Origin: Pseudomonadota bacterium
GTDB lineage: Bacteria; Bdellovibrionota_C; UBA2361; OMII01
DNA length: 62,544 nt
NCBI GenBank assembly: GCA_038134595.1
Contig: JAYPVM010000014.1
Span: forward strand, 1 to 62,544
Direction: 5' to 3'
Made by a program: the position numbers and the translations under genes. Below the pieces are notes generated by a model that did no database searches, had not been told where the DNA came from, and saw only the letters and a list, made by a program, of their open reading frames with translations. Shown here in pieces: positions 20,181 through 30,556 of the stretch (the stretch's first letter is position 1; each line of letters opens with the position of its first letter).

Positions 20181-21905
20181 CTATGACTGGTTATGACTCG
20201 ATAAAGTTTGGCTAGGTGCCGCCTCCAGCGATCCGTTGCTTATTCGATACGCCTTCGGAAAATGCTCTAGGATATGACTTTCATGCGTTAAAACAAGTAG
20301 CGACCACGGAGCGTGCTCTCCCGTTAGCTCGCCAAGGAGGGAATCGATCGTTGACTCATCTATGCCATCTAGGATTCCATCTAAAATCATGAGACGGGGC
20401 TCCATCAGTATTGCGCGGGCGATGACAAGCCGTGCGGCTTGTCCCCTAGAGAGGGGATGCGCATGACCTTTGAGTTCGGTCTGCACCCCATTTGGCAAGC
20501 TATACACGTCCTCAAGAACCCCTACGAGGCTAAGAGCATCTCGCAATCGTCGGGGGGATATCCCCTCCTTATGAAGCGTCAGATTCTCTTCTATCGTTCC
20601 GTGAAAAAGGTCTATGCGGCGCACCAACCCGATTTCGCTTCTTAACTCTAATGGGTGCACCTCTCGGACATCGTGTCCATCTATTTCCACTCTTCCCGAG
20701 ATTGGGTTTGAAATTCGATAGATACAGTTTGCCAGGTAACTCTTTCCGGATCCGTTAGCTCCCCAAATCGCTACTTTTTCACCAGGCTCGATAGTGAGGG
20801 AAACATTCGACAAAATAGGGCTCGACTCCATTTCATGGCGGATCGAAACATTTGCAATTCTTACGTGCGCCGCAGATGTTGAGGGAGTAAAGAACGATCC
20901 AGTCTGCTTTTCAATCGGGACGTCGAATATACCATCTAGCTTCGCCACGGATGCACACAATTCGTAAAACTTGTCGACGTATCGCCCAAACTTAGAGATT
21001 CCCGTTAAGACAACTCCGACTACTAACTCTGCGGCAACAAGCTGTCCGAGCGTTAGCTGTTGTTTAATGACCAGCCAACCTCCCAATCCCAGGAGAAGCG
21101 TGCTTGCAACTACCTGCAGACCAACACCTCCAATAACCTGTCTTAACAAAACTCGAAAGTACCTGCTCCTCCAGTGGAGATAGTTTTGGACAAGGTCATC
21201 TGCATGTTCCATAGCAAACGCATCGCCTCTGTTTGACTTATAAACAAGAGGTACCCTCGCTAAATCCTGCAACCACGTGACAATATCGTATTTAGCATCA
21301 GACGTTCTGTTGGCGGCACTAATCGCACCTACGCCAAGGGGAAGCATCACGATGGCACCCGCCAAGGTCAGAAGAATGGCAAAACCCAAAAAGAATGGGT
21401 GATAAAATGAAACAAGTATCAACCCAACTGTAACCTGAAAAAACAATGCAATACCATCTACAAGGAGTGCCGATACCGTTTTCTGCGCAGAGAAGGATTC
21501 TAGGAATCGCAACACGTACTCTGGTCCGTACTTGTTTTGAAATTGCTCATATTCAACATGCGGAATTCGCGCCGCAAGTGATAGAGAGAGGCGCACTATA
21601 AGCCGCCGTTGAAGCAACTCCACTACTATAAGCTGCAAAACCCGCATCGTGCCTGCAAAGAGCAGCACCCCACCAACGAGACTTGTCACAACTATTAGAG
21701 GCTGTAAAATCACTCCAAACGCAACAGAGTTTACAATTGCCTGCACTCCAACAGGAATCGCTAAGGTGCAAAGACCTACTGCCAGTGCGTACAAGAAAAT
21801 GACAGCGATATCACGTCCCTCACCGTGAAGAAGCTTAAAAGCGCGTAACGCAACTTGTATCTCTGATCGATCAGGCACTTGCTTCCGTTTTAATACCACT
21901 GTCAT
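20181..21905 (-). CDS. ABC exporter (TMD+NBD) of a type I secretion/efflux system
   Basis: 6-TM domain with LTLGQLVAAE; Walker A GANGSGKS; signature LSRGQ; Walker B ILDG; ATG 21905 overlaps the arsR stop (ATGA). Confidence 0.9.
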   Translation of the reverse strand: MTVVLKRKQVPDRSEIQVALRAFKLLHGEGRDIAVIFLYALAVGLCTLAIPVGVQAIVNSVAFGVILQPLIVVTSLVGGVLLFAGTMRVLQLIVVELLQRRLIVRLSLSLAARIPHVEYEQFQNKYGPEYVLRFLESFSAQKTVSALLVDGIALFFQVTVGLILVSFYHPFFLGFAILLTLAGAIVMLPLGVGAISAANRTSDAKYDIVTWLQDLARVPLVYKSNRGDAFAMEHADDLVQNYLHWRSRYFRVLLRQVIGGVGLQVVASTLLLGLGGWLVIKQQLTLGQLVAAELVVGVVLTGISKFGRYVDKFYELCASVAKLDGIFDVPIEKQTGSFFTPSTSAAHVRIANVSIRHEMESSPILSNVSLTIEPGEKVAIWGANGSGKSYLANCIYRISNPISGRVEIDGHDVREVHPLELRSEIGLVRRIDLFHGTIEENLTLHKEGISPRRLRDALSLVGVLEDVYSLPNGVQTELKGHAHPLSRGQAARLVIARAILMEPRLMILDGILDGIDESTIDSLLGELTGEHAPWSLLVLTHESHILEHFPKAYRISNGSLEAAPSQTLSSHNQS

Positions 21906-22273
21906 ACACCGGTCTCTACTGATGGTTGCCACAGCTTTCTTACACTACGAAGAGCCTCTGTCATCTGAGCGTTTTCCAACTGACGCGTTTCAATAATTTT
22001 CGTACCTTCGGCCAACCAATCTGCTAGCCAACCTTGCGTCAGCGAGTAACAAATAGCTCGGCCACAGCGGCGCCCTTCTACCAAACCGTGCCGCCGCAAC
22101 TGCCCTAGATGCTTCGAGACCGTAGGTTGTGAAAGGCATAGCTTCTCCACGAGGACCTGGACCTGACACGATTCACTCATACGAAGCTCCTCAATAATCC
22201 GAATCCGGTGAGGGTGCGCAAGGACAGAAAGAGCTTCCGCTAAATGTTTGCATATGAGCATTTGTTCTGGCAT
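21902..22273 (-). CDS. ArsR/SmtB family transcriptional regulator
   Basis: LAHPHRIRII...LSQPTVSKHLGQLR..GLV..RR.GR.ICYSL; SD AAGGAG. Confidence 0.92.
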   Translation of the reverse strand: MPEQMLICKHLAEALSVLAHPHRIRIIEELRMSESCQVQVLVEKLCLSQPTVSKHLGQLRRHGLVEGRRCGRAICYSLTQGWLADWLAEGTKIIETRQLENAQMTEALRSVRKLWQPSVETGV

Positions 22274-22322
22274 TCGGCGATGGCTCCTTTTCGTTCTTGT
22301 TTAGCATCTGGATACACTAATA

Positions 22323-22353
22323 ATGTATGCATACATCGGCATATGTGCATATG
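22323..22353. promoter_or_regulatory. Putative ArsR operator upstream of the export operon
   Basis: Perfect palindrome ATGTATGCATACAT (22323-22336) next to near-palindrome CATATGTGCATATG (22340-22353), 50-80 bp upstream of arsR. Confidence 0.5.
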
Positions 22354-22413
22354 ACAATGGGCTAAATATCTTTAATTACCAGAGAAATATGTTTGGCAGC
22401 TACGACAGAACCC

Positions 22414-22602
22414 CAGCGGGGTGGTAAGAAAAGGTGCCTTCGTGAACATTTTGAGAGTTTTGACGAAACGAGGCGGAGACGAAGAAAAAACCGGAGGCGT
22501 ATCCACTGAGATACGTTCAAGGATTTTTTCGGCGGCTCCATCGAAGCTACAGTCGAACTATCGAAATGTGCAACAGGAAATCATTTTTCACCACCCTGCT
22601 AG
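22414..22602. mobile_element. MITE-like non-autonomous element / long hairpin repeat, full copy
   Basis: About 50-bp imperfect terminal inverted repeats (AGCGGGGTGGTAAGAAAAG... / ...TTTTTCACCACCCTGCTAG), internal hairpin, second copy at window start. Confidence 0.75.
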
Positions 22603-22633
22603 TGATTGTCCAGAACTCGATCAGCGACTTGTT

Positions 22634-24460
22634 TTATCCTAACGCCTGCTTGGATGAGTAGCTTTGATACAAACCAGATCGGGATGCAAGTTCCTCATGC
22701 GTTCCAGACTCAATAACGCGCCCCTCATTCATCACATGAATTACATCGGCTATTCGTACGGTAGCAAGTCGGTGAGATATTACTAGCATGGTTGTATTTG
22801 GTAGATACTCCCGAACAGCCTTTATTACCGACTGCTCGGTATCGCTATCTAGCCCTGAAGTTGCTTCATCGAGAATAAGCATCCGAGGTTTTCGGAGCAT
22901 AGCTTGTGCTATCGCTATTCGCTGTCTTTGCCCCCCACTTAAGAGCGTTCCGTGCTCTCCTAACACAGTATCGACTCCCTCAGATAAGGTTTCAATAAAA
23001 TCCAAAAATTGCCACCTTTGAATGAGCTTTAGAGCTTCGTCTCGAAGAAGCAAATCATTACCCAGCAGTAAGTTTTCCAAAACCGTAAAACCAAAGAGTC
23101 TCGGCTCCTGAGGAACCCACGAAATCATCTCATGGAGCACGAAGCTATCAAGTGTTTCTAACTCCACACCATCGAGACTAATAGCTCCTTGCAACGGTCG
23201 ATAAAGTCCCACTAGCAATTGGGCAACAGAGCTCTTCCCAGAGCCAGAGGGGCCAACCAATGCAGTACATGAATTAGCGGCAAAAACACACGAAAAGTCC
23301 CTGAGAGCCAGGGCATCTGGCCTGCTGGGATACGCAAATGAAACTCCCTCCATAGATACTGCTAAAGCTCCACTATCTGACAGTGAGGCTAACTCTCCAG
23401 TGCGGTGTGACTCTGCTTCACGTGCGCCCGAATGAGAATCATCGGATAGGATCTCAAAAACCCGATCTAATCCCCCAATCGCCTGCATTACCTCAGAATA
23501 AGCGCCAGTAAAAAAAGAAAACGAAACGGCGACCAGCCCTCCATACAATACAAAGGCCGCAAGCTCATTTAAAGCAAGTGATGCTTCCTGAACAAGGGAG
23601 ACCCCGTACCATGCAACAAAAAGCAGCAAAACATTCAGTAATGCACTAGCACCGGACGAGAAACTAGAAGACCATGCTACCCGCCTCTCACCAGCTGTTA
23701 GGGTATCTTGGTTTCGAAGCTCCGCACGAACACACACCTGCTCTTCTGCGCCAAGTACCCGGATGCTTTTAATTCCTGAGAAGCACTCCGATGCATAGGA
23801 CGTAAACAACCCAAGCTCGTGTTGATAAGCTCGTGATGCAGATTTAAGCCGTGAGACAAAAGCACCCGACACTATGACCATAAAACCAATACTAGCGACA
23901 ATAGCCATGGTTAGTTGCCACGACATAAGTGACATTAAAATCACCCCACAAACGACTTGCAAGCCGTATCGAAGTAATACCGAAAGCTTTACCGAAACTG
24001 CATCTTGAATGAGTGCGGCATCCGAATTGAGACGGGAGGCAACATCACTCGCACGTTGATCATCGTAGAATGAAACGCTTTTTCTTATCAACGCACCAAA
24101 AAGCTGTCGGCGCAGGTCTGCGTATACCCGTTGTCCAAGCACTCCAAAATAATATGACCGAATAAAAAATGAAGCGCCTTGCATTAAAAATAGCACAACC
24201 GCACCAGCAACATACATGTGTATGTTCTGTAATAAATCCAAACTCACCTCAGGCTCTAAAACCCTTCTGACCAGTTCGGGAAAAAGCAAGTTGATACCAC
24301 TGCCAATGGCAAGCGCAACGAGTGCCAGTGTAAGTTGCCTTGCGTATGGACGGACGAGTTGAAGCATTAAAACAAATGCTTTCGCGGTCGAAATCTTCTT
24401 ATGTGACACTACATCGTGCGACTTTACATGATTTATTGGGTTTACCATCAAGAGCCTCAA
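22634..24460 (-). CDS. MsbA/ABCB-type ABC exporter (TMD+NBD)
   Basis: GPSGSGKS, LSGGQRQRIAIA, ILDEATSGLD, SHRL; 6-TM N-terminal half; true start uncertain. Confidence 0.92.
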   Translation of the reverse strand: MRLLMVNPINHVKSHDVVSHKKISTAKAFVLMLQLVRPYARQLTLALVALAIGSGINLLFPELVRRVLEPEVSLDLLQNIHMYVAGAVVLFLMQGASFFIRSYYFGVLGQRVYADLRRQLFGALIRKSVSFYDDQRASDVASRLNSDAALIQDAVSVKLSVLLRYGLQVVCGVILMSLMSWQLTMAIVASIGFMVIVSGAFVSRLKSASRAYQHELGLFTSYASECFSGIKSIRVLGAEEQVCVRAELRNQDTLTAGERRVAWSSSFSSGASALLNVLLLFVAWYGVSLVQEASLALNELAAFVLYGGLVAVSFSFFTGAYSEVMQAIGGLDRVFEILSDDSHSGAREAESHRTGELASLSDSGALAVSMEGVSFAYPSRPDALALRDFSCVFAANSCTALVGPSGSGKSSVAQLLVGLYRPLQGAISLDGVELETLDSFVLHEMISWVPQEPRLFGFTVLENLLLGNDLLLRDEALKLIQRWQFLDFIETLSEGVDTVLGEHGTLLSGGQRQRIAIAQAMLRKPRMLILDEATSGLDSDTEQSVIKAVREYLPNTTMLVISHRLATVRIADVIHVMNEGRVIESGTHEELASRSGLYQSYSSKQALG

Positions 24461-24594
24461 AATTAGTGTTTATCCTGTAGCGAACCAGCGCGAATATGCT
24501 ACCGTAAGCTCATCAGAAAGTATACCGTAACGGACGCGCTCAACGTTTATTGAGCACTTGCCGACGGAGCACTGGGTGCAAAAAAGTGATTCAC

Positions 24595-25221
24595 ATGACG
24601 GGCGGTGAGTTTGTGCAAGATTTTTTCCAACACTTGATTGTGAGAGAGGCCCTCGAGCGTCTTTCGACCAGCCTTCCGGATTCTCTAACCTATCACACCG
24701 TAGAACACACTAGAGATGTGCTTCAAGAAGCTATTACACTTGCACAGGAAGACGGGCTTTCTGCCCGTGAAATAGAACTACTAGCGATTGCAAGCGCTTG
24801 GCATGATATCGGATACATCCACGCGCTCAAACAAAACGAGCCGCTCGCAGCAAGAGAGCTCGGCGCATACCTAATAGATAATCCTCAGTATGCAACAGAC
24901 GAGATAGAGCTCATGCAGCGGATGATCCTCGATACCGCCCTTGTTCCAGAACACAATACCCGCGTACAGAAACCACACACCAAACTTTCGCGGTATTTGC
25001 TCGATGCAGACCTTGCAAATTTTGGTAGAGACGATTTCTTCGAAAAAAGTGCTCTTCAAATGCAAGAGACGGGCATGGAACAACGTGCGTTTCGCAAAAC
25101 GACCCTCGCCCTCCTTCAAGCTCATACGTGGTTAACTCCAGCGGCGAGCCACAAATGGACAGACAAAAAAGAGGCCAATATTCAAGCACTTATAGACTCA
25201 CTAAAAGACTGTGGGAAGTAG
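24595..25221 (+). CDS. HD-domain metal-dependent phosphohydrolase
   Basis: YHTVEHTRDV, AWHDIG, LLDADLANFG; start probably ATG 24595 or GTG 24613 rather than 24550. Confidence 0.85.
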   Translation: MTGGEFVQDFFQHLIVREALERLSTSLPDSLTYHTVEHTRDVLQEAITLAQEDGLSAREIELLAIASAWHDIGYIHALKQNEPLAARELGAYLIDNPQYATDEIELMQRMILDTALVPEHNTRVQKPHTKLSRYLLDADLANFGRDDFFEKSALQMQETGMEQRAFRKTTLALLQAHTWLTPAASHKWTDKKEANIQALIDSLKDCGK

Positions 25222-25315
25222 CCTACTGCGGCACCTGACCTGATTGCCCTAATTACCCGTTTTTTTTGATTTTTCAGTCACGCCTAGAACACTAGAATTC
25301 ATATCCCTAAAAGGC

Positions 25316-27643
25316 ATGGAGCATAATCAACAAACATCTACTGATGGGCGATCCCACAGTAACGACCTTAGAAATTCTCCCCGTGGTCACGAAACCATAA
25401 CAGCATCTTTCTGCTCCCAGCCAGGCCGTCTCAAACCCCGCATGACAGACCCGCTTACCGGCGCCCGCTCACCTCTAGGTTCAGTACAAGAGAGGGTTAT
25501 CGGTTCACTATTTCGCTTTTCCCTATCGTTCTCAAAGAAAACTGACGAAGCGTGGAGAGTCGGTTCGCTCACCTCAGACTTTATTGCCCCTCCACTTCAA
25601 ATAATCGACATTTTGAATCAGTCATGTAGAAAAGCACTGCTAAAATACATCGATAGATTCGAATCAGGAGCTCTCAATGGCGATCTCCTTGAGAGCCTCA
25701 TTGAGATTACTCCAAAAAACGCTTCATCTTTTTTACCTGTTCTGCTCAGTGGAGATTGCACACAACGCTTTAAAATTGCCTCAAAGCTTATTGATCAGCT
25801 CACAAGACATCATATCTACGATCAACTCCATTACTGCACTCCTAGCGCCTGCGGTGTTAACGATCCCAGCCTACAGCGAGAACTTTATCTCCGCGTTTTT
25901 GAAGCTGGCTGCACCCTACGAGACGACGACATCTTATCACCTCAGGACATTTTAACGATAAGTACATTCGATAGAGAATTTCAGGTACAAGCGTATGCTT
26001 GGATCCTTGAGACCTTTGGGTGCAACGGGAGCTCGCTAGCCGATATTAGATTAACACAGGATGAATACGCGCAAAGCTATCGAATGTTGTACCGGCGAAT
26101 TGCCGAGGACAAAGACGTATTTTACAAATCCGTACTACACCAGAAAAGGCATTTGCTTCCCATTAAAGACCCTGCTGTTAGGCTATCCTTATTTCGGTCG
26201 TTGTATGACATCGATAGCAAAAGCGCAGTCCAATGTATCGATCACTTCGACTTGACGGATTGTGAGCAGTACGCACTTTCTAGCATTGTAGAGACTGTCT
26301 ACAAAAATGGCCATTGGGATGTTTTACGGTCTATTGCACCTTCAATCTTATCTCCAGACCTACAGGAATATCTAATTACAGCACTCGGCAAAGAGCATCC
26401 CGATTTTCTATACTCCGACACACTCGCCTCGTGGTTTCCACTTAGTGAATCATTGACACGAACACTTTTTCTTAATGCCATCACCACCGGACGTTGGGAC
26501 GCAGCCATCGAGATCGGATCACTACATGCTCAAAGAGCAACTGATAGAGTCACTCCGGCCATGCAAAAAAAATCGTGTCAATTCCTTCTCGCTGGTCATT
26601 CACACACAGATAACCACGGGAATGAAACGATCCTGTTTGAGAAACTACTAAAAGCTAATCTTCTCCCTACTACAGTAATGTTCGGTGCGCTTTCGTTCTA
26701 TGGCCACAGCCACGAAGACTTCCTCGTCGGCATTCTCTCCTCGTGCGGTCAGAACAAGGGGTCTTCGGTTATGCGAGAACTCAGCACGATTTGTCCCACG
26801 CCAGAATCTCTGACGCCTAGAACAAAGCGTTGCATTAACGCATTTTTAAACACGGGATTTAGAGGGTTTTCGACGACGAGCTTTAAAGTATTTCAGCAGC
26901 ACTGGGAGCAGAATCCCCAAGAAGCGAGGAAACACGTTGCTAACTGGAAGGAATTAAGTAAAGCAATATCAGAAAACCGGGTGCTCAGCCGTGAACAGAT
27001 CCGCGATCCGCTTTTTCTCGACTGTGTGTACGATGTATATCAACCCGTCGGTCTTTCACAATCTCGGATACTAGGAATTCTCAAAAAGGTTCGAGACAAT
27101 TCCAAACACCTTGACGATTTAATCGTGAAAAAAGACGGATATCTCGTTGAAACGCATCGGCATGGTGTACCCCGTACGTTTGTCGGATACATCACTAAAG
27201 CTCCTCATTCGTTTCTTGGACGTGCCGGCGCTGGACTCTGTACAGATGTGGATTATCAAAGTTGGAACGATCCCTCGTGGTTACAGATGAATATCTTTGA
27301 TCCTGAAAAGGGGTATTTAGTCGGAAACATACAGCTCAATAGGTTTACGGACCGCAATAAGAATAAGGCGGTACTTGCCAGGTTCAATCCAACTTCCCGA
27401 ATTTTGTTTGAAGTAGATGGATGCGCTCTAGCTATAGGAATGTTAGAGGCGACGACTGCCTTCGCAGAGGCAAACAAACTCCTTGTATATACCCCCGAGA
27501 ACACAGACGCACATCTATTATCGAATGATTTAGATTTTGCAGCTATTTTAAAGACATTTCAGGGTGAGGATATCCCTTGCAATATTCGACTGGCTACACT
27601 GTATACATCATACACTGCCTATCGTACAACGCTCCCGAGGTGA
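25316..27643 (+). CDS. Large hypothetical protein (775 aa)
   Basis: Long ORF, helical-looking core; C-terminal GRAGAGLCT...LQMNIFD...GNIQL region; no family recognised. Confidence 0.7.
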   Translation: MEHNQQTSTDGRSHSNDLRNSPRGHETITASFCSQPGRLKPRMTDPLTGARSPLGSVQERVIGSLFRFSLSFSKKTDEAWRVGSLTSDFIAPPLQIIDILNQSCRKALLKYIDRFESGALNGDLLESLIEITPKNASSFLPVLLSGDCTQRFKIASKLIDQLTRHHIYDQLHYCTPSACGVNDPSLQRELYLRVFEAGCTLRDDDILSPQDILTISTFDREFQVQAYAWILETFGCNGSSLADIRLTQDEYAQSYRMLYRRIAEDKDVFYKSVLHQKRHLLPIKDPAVRLSLFRSLYDIDSKSAVQCIDHFDLTDCEQYALSSIVETVYKNGHWDVLRSIAPSILSPDLQEYLITALGKEHPDFLYSDTLASWFPLSESLTRTLFLNAITTGRWDAAIEIGSLHAQRATDRVTPAMQKKSCQFLLAGHSHTDNHGNETILFEKLLKANLLPTTVMFGALSFYGHSHEDFLVGILSSCGQNKGSSVMRELSTICPTPESLTPRTKRCINAFLNTGFRGFSTTSFKVFQQHWEQNPQEARKHVANWKELSKAISENRVLSREQIRDPLFLDCVYDVYQPVGLSQSRILGILKKVRDNSKHLDDLIVKKDGYLVETHRHGVPRTFVGYITKAPHSFLGRAGAGLCTDVDYQSWNDPSWLQMNIFDPEKGYLVGNIQLNRFTDRNKNKAVLARFNPTSRILFEVDGCALAIGMLEATTAFAEANKLLVYTPENTDAHLLSNDLDFAAILKTFQGEDIPCNIRLATLYTSYTAYRTTLPR

Positions 27644-27651
27644 GCCTGTAT

Positions 27652-29142
27652 CTAATTTGGTTTTGATTTGTCTACTGGTGGTTTCTGACCTAGTTTACTT
27701 GCTGTGCAATGTGCCGTGGGCTTGTAATCTGCTCCCTCGTGACGAAAGCGCACCGGCTTAACAAACTTCGGGTGCCTAAATTTGTTGCTGACATGGCGGT
27801 CGAAGCATTCAATAACCGCAACCACGCCATCGTCATTATCGATTGGTATCGCTTGTCCCTCACGATTGTTCGGCACTACTGTGATCTTTTCTAACTCAAC
27901 TAGCTCGTGAATCTTGTTTAAAACATCGGTCATATTAAGAATGCTTACCCTTCCACAATAGAACCACTCTCCGGCCTTTGGATGTGGTATCTGCGTATCT
28001 GGATATACCTCTGGAAACTTTTGCTTGGTGAATACCGACTCATATTTACCGTCAACCTGCCGAACCGCATACACGACAACGTCTTCCTCAAAGTTTGGCT
28101 TTAACTTATACGAGCCTTTTGGGCGCGGTGGTGTTGAGCTAAACGAGAAGACCTTATTTCCAAGCGTGCTTGAGCCATCGTTTACAACAAATCCTTCAAG
28201 ACCTAAGTTAATACGAACGTTCCTCCAATTCTGAGGATTAAGATTGAAAAATTCCGCTGACTGAAGAAGTCCGTTTCTTCTATGCGCTATCGGAAAACCT
28301 TTCCAGTAGAGGCTTCGTGTATCATAGGTCTCCTCGCGCAGTTCTCTGCCGTTTGCCATAAGAACGTCATAAAATACGAATGCAGGCTCATCGATTATTC
28401 CAGCCTCCACATCTGCTCGCACCTCTTCCCATTTGCGTAAGGGAGACAGCTTCGCGCAGGTCAAAATAAAGTCCTCGTAGTACGGAGCCTCCCTTTTGTA
28501 TAGGATGGCCTCTGCTTTAAGTATGGTACCAACACCAAATCCAGATCCTTGAAGTTCTTTGATATGATTTGGGAAAAATTCTGTTACGCGATGCCCCTGA
28601 AGGGTATAAACCTCCCAACCGTATGTATGATGAGACACGATTAATCCGATACCATCGTACTTACGGGTAACTCGGGCTTGATCTAACTCACAAAGCTTGC
28701 GAAATTCTTCATCGGAGATTGAATGCTCTGGTTTAGGGGTAAGGATGTTTTTCGGCAAAGGAGCAGAAAAATCAATTGTCAGTAGCTGTTTCGCAGTCTC
28801 TTCATCTACCCCATCCTCCCGGTATCCCTGCGTTAACCTCAACTGAATTCGGCGATTATACTCCCGCAGGCATGCCTCGGATGCGGAAGCATACGTGGCG
28901 GAGCCTTCTCGACCTTTTTCGCCCGGCTTGTGTACTGATTCGAGAAGACTGCCACCCACAAGGCCCTGACGCATACGGAAAGACTCTCCATCGGCGTCTA
29001 AGGCAATCGCCCACAAACGCTCACCCTTTGGGCTGTGCTTCTTAAACTCTCTCCAAGCTATCTCCACCCTTGGATCGGATTCATTGGCTAACTGACTTTC
29101 TTCGTGGCAATCGCTTTTTTGTGTTACCGCTATTGTAGACAC
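27652..29142 (-). CDS. ATP-dependent DNA ligase-like protein with N-terminal WGR-like domain
   Basis: Nucleotidyltransferase motifs I KYDG, III ILKAE, IIIa FYDVL, IV EGFVV, V YKLKP, VI KFRHPKF. Confidence 0.8.
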   Translation of the reverse strand: MSTIAVTQKSDCHEESQLANESDPRVEIAWREFKKHSPKGERLWAIALDADGESFRMRQGLVGGSLLESVHKPGEKGREGSATYASASEACLREYNRRIQLRLTQGYREDGVDEETAKQLLTIDFSAPLPKNILTPKPEHSISDEEFRKLCELDQARVTRKYDGIGLIVSHHTYGWEVYTLQGHRVTEFFPNHIKELQGSGFGVGTILKAEAILYKREAPYYEDFILTCAKLSPLRKWEEVRADVEAGIIDEPAFVFYDVLMANGRELREETYDTRSLYWKGFPIAHRRNGLLQSAEFFNLNPQNWRNVRINLGLEGFVVNDGSSTLGNKVFSFSSTPPRPKGSYKLKPNFEEDVVVYAVRQVDGKYESVFTKQKFPEVYPDTQIPHPKAGEWFYCGRVSILNMTDVLNKIHELVELEKITVVPNNREGQAIPIDNDDGVVAVIECFDRHVSNKFRHPKFVKPVRFRHEGADYKPTAHCTASKLGQKPPVDKSKPN

Positions 29143-29471
29143 TACAAATTTCCTTGCTTTCTATGCGGCATTCCTCACCACTACTTCAGAATTGTTAGAA
29201 TTGAAATGGTTTTATATCGTATTTATGCGGGACATAGTTGGACATAATGCGTAAAATGACAAGCGAACTACCGTTCGCCCAATGAATCGATATAAAAACA
29301 GGTCAGACCAAGAAAAAGGATCAGGAGGAAATAGAGGGCTATAAAAAGCCAAGGCTTTTGAAAGTCAGGAGATGTAAGATTACCATAAGGGTAACAACCA
29401 CCCCTTCATCGCTCAGCAAGTACACTAGCAGGCGGGCCGGAGAGAATCTCTGACCCACCTCCTGATAAGCT

Positions 29472-29753
29472 CTATCCTTTAATAGCCTCTAGCCACTTAT
29501 CAATTACATGAACCGCATCAATATACGCCCGGCACCTTTCTAGAGAATCTTCATCTAATAAGCCAGACTCATTCATTAGCCGTATCTCCGAAGAGAGCTG
29601 AAAATGAAGTGCTTCGATTGACTCGTGGTGTTTGTCGAGCGAGCGAACAAGAGAATCAAGTCTTAACCAGAGAGCCGCCTCTCCTGGTCTTTTGCCGAAT
29701 CTCTCTACGAACGTGTTTTCCTCATCCTGATGTACGTTTGGGTTTATATCCAT
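29472..29753 (-). CDS. Small hypothetical protein
   Basis: Likely ATG at 29753 preceded by a G-rich SD-like sequence; amphipathic helical sequence. Confidence 0.45.
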   Translation of the reverse strand: MDINPNVHQDEENTFVERFGKRPGEAALWLRLDSLVRSLDKHHESIEALHFQLSSEIRLMNESGLLDEDSLERCRAYIDAVHVIDKWLEAIKG

Positions 29754-30050
29754 ACAACTACCCCCAAAAAGCCAGCACAACCTCATGCTGCAAGAGAATC
29801 CATTTCTCTCAAAGTGCAAGTACGGTCTTTTTCCCGGCAAAGATTACAATTGAGAGTTAAAAATTTATTAGAGAGCAAAACTACGAGATACTCGTATTGT
29901 CGCTCTTACGTATTCATATCCCGCGAGAGAATCGGACATCACACAACTTTTTTTCCAAAAACCCGAATACAGTACGGATCACATAGAGAATAGAGCAAGA
30001 TCGCTCCTCGATTGGTTCTAGACGGATCGTATTTTTTTAGGAGAGGTAAT

Positions 30051-30551
30051 ATGGGCCCCAGGTCAACAAGCATACCTACAAGCACCCTTGACTGGGGATT
30101 GCGAAAGTTGATGCACATCACTTGCACGACAGTCTTCGGCGAAGAGTCCAGTACCCCACCAACAACACTAAACAATGGCCAGAAACATTGCAAAGATGCT
30201 CCTGCTCGAGTTTCCACGGCACCCTCGCCCTATTCCGATTCATATCGATACTGTGGGGTAGAGGCAAACGCCATGTACTACCAAGGCGGAGATTCTGAGT
30301 GGGCCAATGAGGTCCGAGGGTGTCTTACCTGCATGGACGAGATGGATGTGGCGCCACACGATGCCCATATGTTTTGTTATAGAGAGGGCACCGATAAAGC
30401 GGGTTCACTTAAAGGAACACTTCAGGGATATGGAGAGGCTATCAAAACAGCTTTTAAGAACTACGGCTCTCAAATCCAAAGATGGGGTAGAAATTTAGCT
30501 TCTAACGTTGCATCTACTATGCACAGCTGGGTTGTATCTATTCTTAGGTAG
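30051..30551 (+). CDS. Cys-rich hypothetical protein resembling a polymorphic-toxin C-terminal domain
   Basis: SD AGGAGAGG before ATG 30051; GDSEWANEVRGCLTC...AHMFCY pattern. Confidence 0.5.
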   Translation: MGPRSTSIPTSTLDWGLRKLMHITCTTVFGEESSTPPTTLNNGQKHCKDAPARVSTAPSPYSDSYRYCGVEANAMYYQGGDSEWANEVRGCLTCMDEMDVAPHDAHMFCYREGTDKAGSLKGTLQGYGEAIKTAFKNYGSQIQRWGRNLASNVASTMHSWVVSILR

Positions 30552-30556
30552 CATCA

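Noticed and set aside
22421..22642. 73-aa ORF
   Set aside because: Lies within the MITE-like repeat; no protein features
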